Part shown: one piece after another, positions 46,737 to 55,967 of the stretch
How positions within the stretch are numbered: position 1 is the stretch's first letter
Layout: each line of letters starts with the position of its first letter
Source: Phycisphaerae bacterium
GTDB lineage: Bacteria; Planctomycetota; Phycisphaerae; UBA1845
Assembly: GCA_963666835.2 (NCBI GenBank)
Contig: CAXXGO010000006.1
Coordinates: forward strand, 2,016,001 to 2,080,000
Length of the DNA stretch: 64,000 bases
Reading direction: 5' to 3'
The notes under the pieces: model-generated
Databases searched by the model: none
Told to the model about the DNA's origin: nothing
Seen by the model: only the letters and a program-made list of their open reading frames with translations
Made by a program: the position numbers and the translations under genes

Positions 46737-47669
46737 ATGCAGCAGTTTCTCGCCCTTGCCAAAGACAGCCTGCGGGAGTCCATGGATCGCAAGATCTTCT
46801 GGGTGATGACGGCCCTGTCGGTCCTGGTGGCCGCGGGGATGTTCTGCTTCGCCTTCGAGCCGGGTCGAGTCGTGGTCCTCTTCGGGGCGTGGGAGTTCGA
46901 GACCGCAGAGTTCACGTCCGCCGGATCCGTGCAGTCGAGCCGGATTGCCGGGCTGGCCGTACACATCATCTGGGATCTCATGCTCGGTTTCGTCGGGGTG
47001 ACTTTGGCCCTGGTCGCCACGGCGGGCTTCCTGCCGGCGTTCATGGAGCGCGGGGCGATCGAGGTCGTGCTCTCGAAACCGATGGCGCGATGGAAGGTCT
47101 TTTTGGCGAAGTATCTGGGCAGTATGGTGTTCATCCTCGCTCAGGCAACGTTGTTCGTCGTCCTCACTTACATGGTGATCGGGTTCCGCTGGAGGGTCTG
47201 GCTGCCGGGCTATCTTCTGACGATCCCGCTGTCCGTGATTCTGTTCAGTTACCTCTATTGCGTGTCGGCTCTTGTGGCCGTGTGGTCGCGCAGCACCGTG
47301 GCTGCGGCGCTTATGAGTTTCGGGGCGTGGGTGGGTTTCTTCGGAGTGCAAACCACGGCCGATCTGTTCGACTTGTATCCGTCCTGGCAGGAGCAGACCG
47401 TAGCCTGCAATGCGATTCGGGCCGCCCGTTGGATCGTGCCCAAGACTCAGGATATCACCTATCTGGCGGCCAGATGGGTGGGAGCCGGCGCGTCTTCCGA
47501 AGTCGTACCGGACGGTGAGGGGGAGGATGCCGAGCTTGTTCGTCGCGCCGGTGCGCTGGAAGAAGAGCGGATGGAGATCAACCCGGTTCACACGCTTGGC
47601 TCGTCGTTGCTCTTCGAGGCGGTCATCGTATTGCTGGCGATCTGGAAGTTCTCGCGTACGGATTACTGA
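46737..47669 (+). CDS. ABC-2 type permease
   Basis: Multiple TM segments; GAIEVVLSKP..R..VFLAKY; ends FSRTDY. Confidence 0.85.
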   Translation: MQQFLALAKDSLRESMDRKIFWVMTALSVLVAAGMFCFAFEPGRVVVLFGAWEFETAEFTSAGSVQSSRIAGLAVHIIWDLMLGFVGVTLALVATAGFLPAFMERGAIEVVLSKPMARWKVFLAKYLGSMVFILAQATLFVVLTYMVIGFRWRVWLPGYLLTIPLSVILFSYLYCVSALVAVWSRSTVAAALMSFGAWVGFFGVQTTADLFDLYPSWQEQTVACNAIRAARWIVPKTQDITYLAARWVGAGASSEVVPDGEGEDAELVRRAGALEEERMEINPVHTLGSSLLFEAVIVLLAIWKFSRTDY

Positions 47670-47681
47670 CCGACCGTCCCC

Positions 47682-48845
47682 TTGGGCGCATGCGACAAAG
47701 CTGAGGCACCGCCCGGAAGCCGTGGTGACATTACCTTGAGCGCGTCTGGTGGCGTAATCCTGTATGTGATTACCGATCTCCTTGTCGGTGGAGTCCCGCT
47801 TCACCTGCGCCGCTTGGTCGACAGGATGCGCGCGCGCGGATTTCTGCCGCAGGTTGTCTCTTTGGCTCCGCCCGGCCCGGTTGCGCAGCTTCTTGCGGAT
47901 GATGGGGTTACGGTTCATAGCTGCCACGGCAAAGGCGGGTGGGACTTTCGCGTTATCGGGCGACTCGCCCGGATCATTGAGTCGGTGCGGCCGGACCTTG
48001 CGCATGCGCTTCTGTTTCATGCCAACGTAGCGTCACGATGGGCCGCGCGGTACGCGGGCCTGCCTTCCGAGCGCGTGCTTTGCGAGATCCAAACCGTGGA
48101 GGTCGAGCGGCGCTGGCACTTGTGGGTGGACCGCTGGACTCATCGTGGTTGCCGCGTGACGATCGGCAATTCTCCTTCGGTGATCGAGCACCTGGCCAAG
48201 CGGGCGCGAATCCCGCGAGCGCGTTTACGCCTGGTGCCTGGAGGGATAGATCCGGAGCGTATTCGCCAAGCGGCGCCGATCGAGCGGGCTAAGCTCGGCC
48301 TGGCCGACGATCAGGCGGTGCTCCTTTGGGCGGGGCGGCTGGACCCCGTCAAGGGTCTGGACCATCTGATCGAAGCTGTGGGGCGCGTCGCGGCGAAGCG
48401 TGACGTGCATTTGCTTTTAGCCGGGGACGGACCACAACGGGCGGCGCTTGCGACGCTGGCGGACCGGCGGCAGTTGGCCGCTCGCGTTCACTTCCTCGGT
48501 GCGCGTGACGACATTCCGGCACTGTTGCAGATGGCCGACGTGTTCGTGTTTCCATCGCGCACGGAGGGACTGCCCAATGCCCTGTTGGAGGCGATGGCTG
48601 CGTGCCGGGCAATTGTCACTACGGATGTTCCCGGTTGCCGCGACCTGATTCGCCGCGACGAGACCGGTCTGGTCGTGCCCTTTGGCGATCCGGCGGCACT
48701 GGCCGGTGCTCTTATGCGCTTGTTGGAGGATCCGGACCTTGCCGCTAAGCTCGGATGCGCCGCGGGAGAAGAGGTCGAGCGGCACTGGCACATAGACCAG
48801 ACCTACGCCGCCTACGAATCCCTCTACCGCGAGACCCTATCTTAA
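47682..48845 (+). CDS. Glycosyltransferase family 4
   Basis: ITDLLVGG, AGRLDPVKG, EGLPNALLEAMA. Start uncertain. Confidence 0.9.
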   Translation: MGACDKAEAPPGSRGDITLSASGGVILYVITDLLVGGVPLHLRRLVDRMRARGFLPQVVSLAPPGPVAQLLADDGVTVHSCHGKGGWDFRVIGRLARIIESVRPDLAHALLFHANVASRWAARYAGLPSERVLCEIQTVEVERRWHLWVDRWTHRGCRVTIGNSPSVIEHLAKRARIPRARLRLVPGGIDPERIRQAAPIERAKLGLADDQAVLLWAGRLDPVKGLDHLIEAVGRVAAKRDVHLLLAGDGPQRAALATLADRRQLAARVHFLGARDDIPALLQMADVFVFPSRTEGLPNALLEAMAACRAIVTTDVPGCRDLIRRDETGLVVPFGDPAALAGALMRLLEDPDLAAKLGCAAGEEVERHWHIDQTYAAYESLYRETLS

Positions 48846-49140
48846 CCCCTTGTGGATGAGCCGCCGTTCCGCTCACTGACACGACGTTTTCGGCTGCGAC
48901 CGGCGAAGCTTCCCCTGTTCGGCGGATCGGTCGGTACGATTGGTGGAGCATTGTGGATCAAAAGCCGCTCGGCGCTCGGCATGGCTTGCGCAGGCGAAGC
49001 GCAAACTTTGCGCATGCTGCCGACGCCCATCCATAGGGTACCTCTCCAAGATAACCACCACATATAGGCGATTGTCTCCCAAGTTCTCCGACTTATCCGG
49101 ACTACAGAAAAAACCCCAGCAAGATTTGCCGAATTTAGTG

Positions 49141-49193
49141 TTGACGCGGTGGTGCTCGGTGGTACATTGTCCCTCGTAATCCCACGAAGTGGG
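49141..49193 (+). promoter_or_regulatory. dcw promoter with MraZ-box-like repeats
   Basis: TTGACG (49141)-N16-TACATT (49163) with extended TG. GGTGG at 49148 and 49158 (10-bp phase), CCCAC at 49181, GTGGG at 49189. Confidence 0.6.
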
Positions 49194-49212
49194 GCAGCGT
49201 GCTGAACGGATC

Positions 49213-49698
49213 ATGCGAATATTCACGGGTCAGTATGATCGCACGATTGACGCGAAGAACCGGGTCCAGTTGCCCTCGCAGTTGCGAGCGGCCATCGATC
49301 GGGATCGCGATGGGGCGGGACTGTACGTCACGCTCGGCGAGCACCGGGGGACCCTGTCCATCTTCACCGAACGGAGTTTTGAAGATCTCGTGGCCAGGAT
49401 GGAAACGGAGTTCATGCCCGGGCCCGAGTCGCGTCGTTTCGAGCTGCAGTTCTATGCCCTCGCCTCGTTCGTGGAGATGGACAAACAGGGACGGATTGTG
49501 TTGCCCGACCGGCTGCGTCGTAAGGCCCGGTTGGGTGAGGAGGTATTCCTAGTCGGGCAGAAGCAGCGCATCGACGTTTGGTCACGGGAGGACCTGGAGC
49601 GTTCGATGGGGGTCGATTGGGATGGTGATGACTGGCCGGACTGGCAGGGCTTCATGCGGATGCGGCCGACGGTTTCGGCGGGCGACCCGCCGACGTAG
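49213..49698 (+). CDS. mraZ: Transcriptional regulator MraZ
   Basis: FTGQYDRTIDAKNRV.LP and MDKQGRIVLP; first gene of dcw. Confidence 0.92.
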   Translation: MRIFTGQYDRTIDAKNRVQLPSQLRAAIDRDRDGAGLYVTLGEHRGTLSIFTERSFEDLVARMETEFMPGPESRRFELQFYALASFVEMDKQGRIVLPDRLRRKARLGEEVFLVGQKQRIDVWSREDLERSMGVDWDGDDWPDWQGFMRMRPTVSAGDPPT

Positions 49699-49966
49699 GC
49701 CGGCGATTACGCTGGATGGATCCGGTTTCGCAGCGAGTGGCATGACGCGAAGAGCGAGGGGATCTGGGCGGGAACGGTCGCCCTGTTGGCGCGGTGGCGA
49801 CCGTTCTCAATCGAGTTGATTCGAAGGGCGGTCGGCGGCGGTCAGATCGCCTTCGGGCAAGTGGCGCGGACCGCAACAAGATTGTTGAGCTGACGACGTT
49901 GTCGCGGAAGAAGCGAAAGGATTCGCCGCGCGGCGGCGTTCGAAGGACACCACCGAGGCTCTGAGC

Positions 49967-50209
49967 ATGATCGACGGTTCTCTACGACTGGTGGAGCGAA
50001 TACATCGTCGGCAGGAGACGGGCAGGTCGCTTGGTCGGTTCCCCGGCGTATCCCTCGCCGAGCTGGCGGAACTGGAAGCTCGTATTCAGAACCTGCGGGC
50101 GACGGGACATGCTGCAACGGGCATCGGTCTCTCTCCGTTCGTCGCGGTGGGCGAGTGGAGCGGTGTCCCCTGCGGCGTCGGGGGTGAGTGTGTCGCCACG
50201 GATGTGTGA
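49967..50209 (+). CDS. Possible small hypothetical protein between mraZ and rsmH
   Basis: 80-aa ATG ORF after GAGG; no recognisable motif. Confidence 0.25.
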   Translation: MIDGSLRLVERIHRRQETGRSLGRFPGVSLAELAELEARIQNLRATGHAATGIGLSPFVAVGEWSGVPCGVGGECVATDV

Positions 50210-50236
50210 CAACCCCCTGACGTGTTGGCGTAATGG

Positions 50237-51160
50237 ATGGCTCCCGTGACAGACGAGCCGATTGGCCACACACCGGTTTTGCTGGAAGAGGTCGGTCGTC
50301 TGTTGGCGGTTCAACCGGGCGAGACGGTGGTCGATGCCACGGTCGGACTCGGTGGGCATGCCCGGATGTTTGCGGAAGCGATCGGAGCGGGCGGTCTGCT
50401 GATCGCGCTGGACGCCGATCCGGCGAACCTTCAGGCGGCCCGAGATCGGTTGGCGGATTGTGCGTGCCGGATCGAGGCCGTTCATGCCAACTTCGCCGAA
50501 TTGCCGGCGGTGCTGCAGTCGCTCGAAGTTCCGCGCGTGGACGTACTGTTGGCGGACCTGGGAGTCAGCTCGAGCCATTTGGATGTGGCAGAGCGCGGCT
50601 TCTCGTTTCGATTGGACGGCCCGCTCGACATGCGGATGGATCCGCGACTGACCGTGACGGCGAGCGACTTGGTGAATTCGCTGAAAGAGCGGGAGTTGAG
50701 CGATGTGCTCTACTACAACGCTCAAGAGATGGGCAGTCGGCGGATTGCCAAGAAGATTTGTAACGCAAGGCGGGATTCTCGCATAAGGACGACGGCGGAG
50801 CTAGCCGGGATTGTCGCGGCGGCTTTGGGGGTCAATCCCGAGTCCCGCAAGGAAAAAATCCATCCGGCGACCCGGACGTTTCAGGCGCTGCGGATGGCGG
50901 TAAACGACGAGATCCCGAATCTCGAGGCGTTGCTGGAATGTGCTCCGGGAATGTTGAATCCGGGCGGACGGATAGGGGTGATTGCGTTCCACAGTGTGGA
51001 GGATCGGCCGGTCAAACAAGATTTTCGTAGACGCAAGACGGAGGGTGTTTACGAGATTATCACGAAGAAGCCGGTGGTGGCAGGCGCGGACGAACGCCGG
51101 GCCAATCCACGGGCACGCAGTGCGAAACTTCGCGTGGCTATGCGCCGGTGCGAAGAGTGA
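50237..51160 (+). CDS. rsmH: 16S rRNA m4C1402 methyltransferase
   Basis: HTPVLL, DATVGLGGH, DLGVSS, PLDMRMD, HPATRTFQALR, FHSVEDR, NPRARSAKLR. Confidence 0.97.
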   Translation: MAPVTDEPIGHTPVLLEEVGRLLAVQPGETVVDATVGLGGHARMFAEAIGAGGLLIALDADPANLQAARDRLADCACRIEAVHANFAELPAVLQSLEVPRVDVLLADLGVSSSHLDVAERGFSFRLDGPLDMRMDPRLTVTASDLVNSLKERELSDVLYYNAQEMGSRRIAKKICNARRDSRIRTTAELAGIVAAALGVNPESRKEKIHPATRTFQALRMAVNDEIPNLEALLECAPGMLNPGGRIGVIAFHSVEDRPVKQDFRRRKTEGVYEIITKKPVVAGADERRANPRARSAKLRVAMRRCEE

Positions 51161-51211
51161 CCTGCGGCATGAGCGACTAAGTTGACCCCATGAAGAGTGG
51201 GAGGTTCCCCG

Positions 51212-52234
51212 ATGGCGCGAGAGACGAAAGTGGGGCTGCTTGCCGGGCTGGCCTTCATCATCTGTTTCGCGGTCATTCTGGCTAACCGCGGGCGGCAGGA
51301 TACTATCGCAGCCTTGACTCCCAGGGGTGAGCACGTACGTTCGCTCCAGTATCCCGGTGTCAACCACGATAGCCGTGGGGACGCCTCGCCCGTTGGTGAG
51401 CCCGTTCCACAGAGCGACCCCGTGGCAACCCTACCGGTCGGCACCTATCGCCCTACACCGGCGCGATTGAGACGTACCGACCCTCAGGAAGAGGGCTGGC
51501 GTGACGCACCGCAGACCGGTAGCTTCGCGCCGACATCTACTCCGACTCCGGATCACACTCGAACGACTCGCGCATCGGTAACCCTCGACTCTCACGCTGA
51601 AGGGGAATCTGAGGCGGTTGCATCAGTCGAACGTAACGAGCTGCTCAAACAACGCCTGCGGGACCGGGTTAGGCAGGAAGGCCGCCTGCAGGGACGTCCG
51701 GCTTCGGAGGAACAGAACGAACCGGCGGCCCCCGAGCCCGTGCCGCCGGTGCGGCCCGCCCGCACCCCACCCGTTCAGGCAAGGTATACCGTAGTACCGG
51801 GGGATACTCTCTCACGGATTGCCATGACGCTTTATGGGAGCCGGTCGGCCCGGTTTGTCAATGCGATCTTTGACGGCAATCGGGCGATTCTGTCGGATCC
51901 GGACAAGCTGCGAGTCGGCATGGAGTTGGTAATCCCGAATGTCACCAGCGATGTGTCCTCGGTGCCGAAGCCGCGCGCCGAAGGAAGCGACCTTCAGGAG
52001 ACTGCTCCGCGTGTTTCTCCCGCTGCTGAGTCGGAATCGAGGACTTGGCGCACGTATCAGATCCGCAAGAACGATCGTTATATGAGTATTGCTCGCGAAC
52101 AGCTTGGCGACGCCGGGCGGTGGCGGGAGATCTATGAGCTGAACAAGGCGATCTTCCCTGACGCGGGGCGGATTCGAGCGGGTGTCAATATCAAGCTCCC
52201 CGTCGGCGGGGCTCGGAAAGGTCCGCGCGGATGA
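51212..52234 (+). CDS. Single-pass membrane protein with two LysM domains
   Basis: MARETKVGLLAGLAFIICFAVIL; Pro/Thr-rich linker; YTVVPGDTLSRIA...LRVGMELVIP and YQIRKNDRYMSIA...IRAGVNIKLP. Confidence 0.88.
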   Translation: MARETKVGLLAGLAFIICFAVILANRGRQDTIAALTPRGEHVRSLQYPGVNHDSRGDASPVGEPVPQSDPVATLPVGTYRPTPARLRRTDPQEEGWRDAPQTGSFAPTSTPTPDHTRTTRASVTLDSHAEGESEAVASVERNELLKQRLRDRVRQEGRLQGRPASEEQNEPAAPEPVPPVRPARTPPVQARYTVVPGDTLSRIAMTLYGSRSARFVNAIFDGNRAILSDPDKLRVGMELVIPNVTSDVSSVPKPRAEGSDLQETAPRVSPAAESESRTWRTYQIRKNDRYMSIAREQLGDAGRWREIYELNKAIFPDAGRIRAGVNIKLPVGGARKGPRG

Positions 52235-52518
52235 CTACGCGGCGTGGGTGCGTGTTGATCGGGGCCTTTACGGCTATTGCGCTTGCGCTCGTTTACCTTC
52301 GCGTTGAGCAGACCCGTTGCGCGGCCCAAACCCTCGCCTTGGAAACGAAGTGGGTGGAGACGCGACGAGAGCTCTGGAGCTTGCAGGCGGCGACCGCACG
52401 TCTGCGGACGCCCGGTCGAGTTCACGATCGCATGGTGTGGCTTGAGACCGATCTGGTTCCCCCGGCCTCCAAGGGTGGAGCGGAGCCGATTGGGAGGTTC
52501 GCCTCGGTTCGTCCATAG
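52231..52518 (+). CDS. ftsL: FtsL-like cell division protein
   Basis: Short protein with an N-terminal TM and coiled coil, positioned directly before ftsI. Confidence 0.6.
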   Translation: MTTRRGCVLIGAFTAIALALVYLRVEQTRCAAQTLALETKWVETRRELWSLQAATARLRTPGRVHDRMVWLETDLVPPASKGGAEPIGRFASVRP

Positions 52519-52530
52519 GGGGAGTCGGAC

Positions 52531-54273
52531 ATGCCCGTGGATGCCGCAACGGTCGAGGAGAGACAACGACGGTTCGGCGCGGTGCTGCTGGGCGGTTTGA
52601 TCCTGTTGTTGGTAGGGCTGGGCGGCCGCTTGGTCTATATCGACACCGCACTTCACGACCGCCTCCTCGACATTGCGGAGGTCCAATACCACGGCAAGTC
52701 GGTTATTCCGGCACGACGAGGGACGATCTACGATGCTCGCGGGCGTGTTGTGGCTACCAGTCGCCGAATCCCGGACGTGTTCGTGGATCCGGCCGGCGTT
52801 GATGATCTTCAGGAACTCGCCGGGGCCGTCGCGGCCCGGCTTAATGTTGCCCCGGAGGAGATCCTCGAGAAGATCAATCGACGGCCCGGGTCACGATTTG
52901 TAGTCGTCGCCCGCCAAGTGGACGAAATCACCGCAGAGGCGGTGCGGGAGATGCGTGCCCCCGCTGTCGGCTTGACGGAGGGCGAAATCCGAACGTATCC
53001 GCTTGGTTCATCGATGGCTCACGTGCTCGGTGTCGTGGGCCGGGACGGTCGCGGACTTGAGGGTCTGGAACTTGCCCGCAACCAGCACCTATCCGGCAAG
53101 AGTGGCGTGCGTGCGACCATTCGAGACGCGCGGCGGCGGGCCCTGTGGCGCTGCGATGGGGTGTCCACGCCGCCGGTGGACGGGGGCCATTTGGTCCTGA
53201 CCATCGATGCGGAGACTCAACGGATTGCGGAAGAGACGCTAGCCGAAACGGTGGAGCGGTTCGAGGCTGAGTCGGGTGTGGCCATTGTGCTCTCACCGCG
53301 CGACGGAGACATTCTCGCATTGGCGTGCAATCCCGCTTTCGATCCGAACCACATCGAGCCGAACACGGATGAGCGGCGTCGGAATCGGGCGATTACTGAT
53401 CCCACAGAGCCCGGCAGCACGTTCAAACCCTTCATTGCCAGCGGGGCGCTGGTGGGCGGCTTTGTTTCGCCAACGGAGCAGATCGACTGCAACATGGGGA
53501 CGATGCGGTTCGGACGGCGGTTGGTCCGGGACGTCTCGCCCCATGGGTTGATGGATCTCAAGCAGATCGTCAGCAAGAGCAGCAACATCGGCATGGGGAT
53601 CATTGCCACGAGAATGGGCAACGACCGCCTGTACGAGACCATCACGCGGTTCGGGTTCGGCGAACGGACCGGGGTGGAGATGCCCGGTGAGAGTGCCGGA
53701 GTGGTCCATGCGCGCGATCTGTGGAACAGCTACTCGACTACGTCTGTGTCGTTCGGATACGAGGTCGGCGTGACCCCGCTGCAGCTCATGATGGCCTTCG
53801 GGGCGCTCCTTAATGACGGCGTGTTGCTCAAACCGCGGCTGATCCGACAGGAACTGGACTCCCGCGGGCGGGTGCTGGCCACGCACTCAGGCCCCGAGAT
53901 CGTTCGTCGCGTGGTCCCCTCCGACGTTGCCCGTTTCATGACTGAGGAGGTTCTTACCTCCGTAGTCGAGGACGGCAGCGGCCATCGTGCCAAGCTGGAT
54001 CGGTACAGGGTGCTGGGCAAGACCGGTACGGCCAAGCTGTCCTTCCCCGACCGCGCCGGCTATGAGGATGGGGCTTACCTCGCGACGTTTTTGGGGGCGG
54101 CTCCGGCTGACGATCCGGAGTTGGCCGTTTTGGTGATGATCCGCCGCCCCAACGCGAGCATCGGTTACTACGGCTCCACGGTGGCAGCGCCGGCCGTCGG
54201 GAAGATCCTGTCCGACACCCTGGCGTACCTGGAGGTCCCGCCAGACCGGTCTCTTGGACTGGCCGGGCTGTGA
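52531..54273 (+). CDS. ftsI: Peptidoglycan D,D-transpeptidase FtsI/PBP3 family
   Basis: RGTIYD, RTYP, GLEGLE, EPGSTFK, SSN, GKTGT. Confidence 0.92.
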   Translation: MPVDAATVEERQRRFGAVLLGGLILLLVGLGGRLVYIDTALHDRLLDIAEVQYHGKSVIPARRGTIYDARGRVVATSRRIPDVFVDPAGVDDLQELAGAVAARLNVAPEEILEKINRRPGSRFVVVARQVDEITAEAVREMRAPAVGLTEGEIRTYPLGSSMAHVLGVVGRDGRGLEGLELARNQHLSGKSGVRATIRDARRRALWRCDGVSTPPVDGGHLVLTIDAETQRIAEETLAETVERFEAESGVAIVLSPRDGDILALACNPAFDPNHIEPNTDERRRNRAITDPTEPGSTFKPFIASGALVGGFVSPTEQIDCNMGTMRFGRRLVRDVSPHGLMDLKQIVSKSSNIGMGIIATRMGNDRLYETITRFGFGERTGVEMPGESAGVVHARDLWNSYSTTSVSFGYEVGVTPLQLMMAFGALLNDGVLLKPRLIRQELDSRGRVLATHSGPEIVRRVVPSDVARFMTEEVLTSVVEDGSGHRAKLDRYRVLGKTGTAKLSFPDRAGYEDGAYLATFLGAAPADDPELAVLVMIRRPNASIGYYGSTVAAPAVGKILSDTLAYLEVPPDRSLGLAGL

Positions 54274-54425
54274 TCTCGCTGTGATTTGCTGTGAGTTACT
54301 CTTGTGATATCACGGTATTCACAATGTGTGACAGCGTGATATCACAGTCTTAATCCGAGGGCGTGCTGCGTCGCCGCCGCGGCCGAGATTTCACAGGATG
54401 ACAGTTCGCGTATCATAGATACAAT
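54267..54425 (+). promoter_or_regulatory. TGTGA/TCAC repeat array and possible internal promoter before murE
   Basis: GCTGTGA at 54267, 54278 and 54288; GTGATATCAC palindromes at 54304 and 54336; ATGACA (54398)-N16-TACAAT (54420). Confidence 0.45.
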
Positions 54426-54437
54426 GCTCGCTCAAGG

Positions 54438-55967
54438 ATGAAAACCGCCGATCGACTTGCCGTACCGAATCGGACATTGTCCGAGTTGATGGCTCATGCC
54501 GGCCTGAAGGACGATGGGGTCCGCCCGCCCGGCGATGTCAATATCACGTCACTCACTGCTGACTCACGAAACGTGGAACTGGGCAGTTGTTTCGTGGCTA
54601 TTCAGGGTGTTGGGGGTGACGGGCACGAGTTTGTCGGACAGGCGGTCCGCGATGGGGCGGTTGCGGTGGTTGTCGATCGCGATGTGGACGTCCCCGCTCC
54701 AGCGGTTCGGATCAGCGTCGAGGACAGTCGCGCGGCGCTTGCCGCCTTGGCGGGGGCGTACTACGGGCTACGGGGCGGCGCGGGCTGCCCGCCACTGGTT
54801 GGTGTTACGGGAACAAACGGCAAGACGACCGTCACATGGCTTCTGCGATCCGTTCTGCGGGAGGCCGGGCACAACCCGGCGATGCTGGGGACGATCGAGT
54901 ATGACCTTGTCAGCGCCTCTGAACCGGCGGACCTGACCACTCCCGGGCCGATGGAGCTTTGCCGGCATCTCGCGACCGCACGTGATGCCGGGGCAGACTT
55001 CGCCGTATTGGAAGTCTCATCCCATGCCTTGGATCAATGCCGGACCGACGGTCTGCAGTTTGCTGCGGCGGTGTTCACTAATCTCTCCGGTGACCATTGG
55101 GACTATCATGGCGGGCCTCAGGCCTATTTGGAGGCGAAGCGCCGTCTGTTTGAAGGCCTCGGCGAACATGCCGTTGCGGTGGTCAATGCTGATGATCCGG
55201 TCGGGGCCGCGATGGTCGAACGCACTCGAGCCCGAGTGATTTCCTATGGTATTGATTCTCTGCAAGCTGATTACCAGGGGCGCGTTCTGGCGGAGGACTC
55301 GCACGGGAGCCGGGTGGGAGTGTGTGGTCCGTCGTTTGATCTGGTCATCCACTCGGCGCTGCCCGGCAGATATAGCGTTCTGAACGTCCTGGCCACCGTC
55401 GCGACGGCTGACGCGCTGGGGATATCGCCGATTGCGATTCAATATGGGATCGAGGGTTGTACGATGATCCCCGGTCGGCTGGAACGAGTGGAGCTGCGCG
55501 GATGTCCTTTTTCGGTTTTCGTGGACTATGCCCACACCGACGACGCCCTGCGTAATGTTCTGGGGACTCTCCGTCCGTTGACTAAGGAGCGTCTCCGGTG
55601 TGTGTTCGGGTGCGGGGGTGATCGTGACCGTGTGAAACGCCCCCGAATGGCAGCGGCGGTCGGTTCCCTGGCGGATGTCGCGTATGTCACCAGCGACAAC
55701 CCGCGCAGCGAGGAACCGCAGAAGATCATTGATGAGGTTCTCCCCGGATTCGAGAACACGTCCGCTTGTCGCGTCGTGGTTGAGGTGGATCGACGGCGGG
55801 CGATCGAAACCGCAATCGAAGACGCCCGGCCCGGCGATACTCTGCTGATTGCCGGCAAAGGGCATGAGGACTACCAGTTGGTCGGCGCGGATGTCCTGCA
55901 TTTCGATGACGCCGAGGTCGCCCGGGCGTGTCTCGAAAAGGCCATGACGGCGGGAGGACGACTATGA
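54438..55967 (+). CDS. murE: UDP-MurNAc-tripeptide synthetase (meso-DAP type)
   Basis: GTNGKTT, EVSSH, DYAHT, GCGGDRD, DNPR, AGKGHE. Confidence 0.97.
   Translation: MKTADRLAVPNRTLSELMAHAGLKDDGVRPPGDVNITSLTADSRNVELGSCFVAIQGVGGDGHEFVGQAVRDGAVAVVVDRDVDVPAPAVRISVEDSRAALAALAGAYYGLRGGAGCPPLVGVTGTNGKTTVTWLLRSVLREAGHNPAMLGTIEYDLVSASEPADLTTPGPMELCRHLATARDAGADFAVLEVSSHALDQCRTDGLQFAAAVFTNLSGDHWDYHGGPQAYLEAKRRLFEGLGEHAVAVVNADDPVGAAMVERTRARVISYGIDSLQADYQGRVLAEDSHGSRVGVCGPSFDLVIHSALPGRYSVLNVLATVATADALGISPIAIQYGIEGCTMIPGRLERVELRGCPFSVFVDYAHTDDALRNVLGTLRPLTKERLRCVFGCGGDRDRVKRPRMAAAVGSLADVAYVTSDNPRSEEPQKIIDEVLPGFENTSACRVVVEVDRRRAIETAIEDARPGDTLLIAGKGHEDYQLVGADVLHFDDAEVARACLEKAMTAGGRL

Noticed and set aside
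36284..47669. Long antisense ORFs (e.g. 36284..37330 -, 43212..44135 +, 45631..46539 -, 46707..48020 -)
   Set aside because: Shadow frames of well-supported genes, as expected in high-GC DNA.
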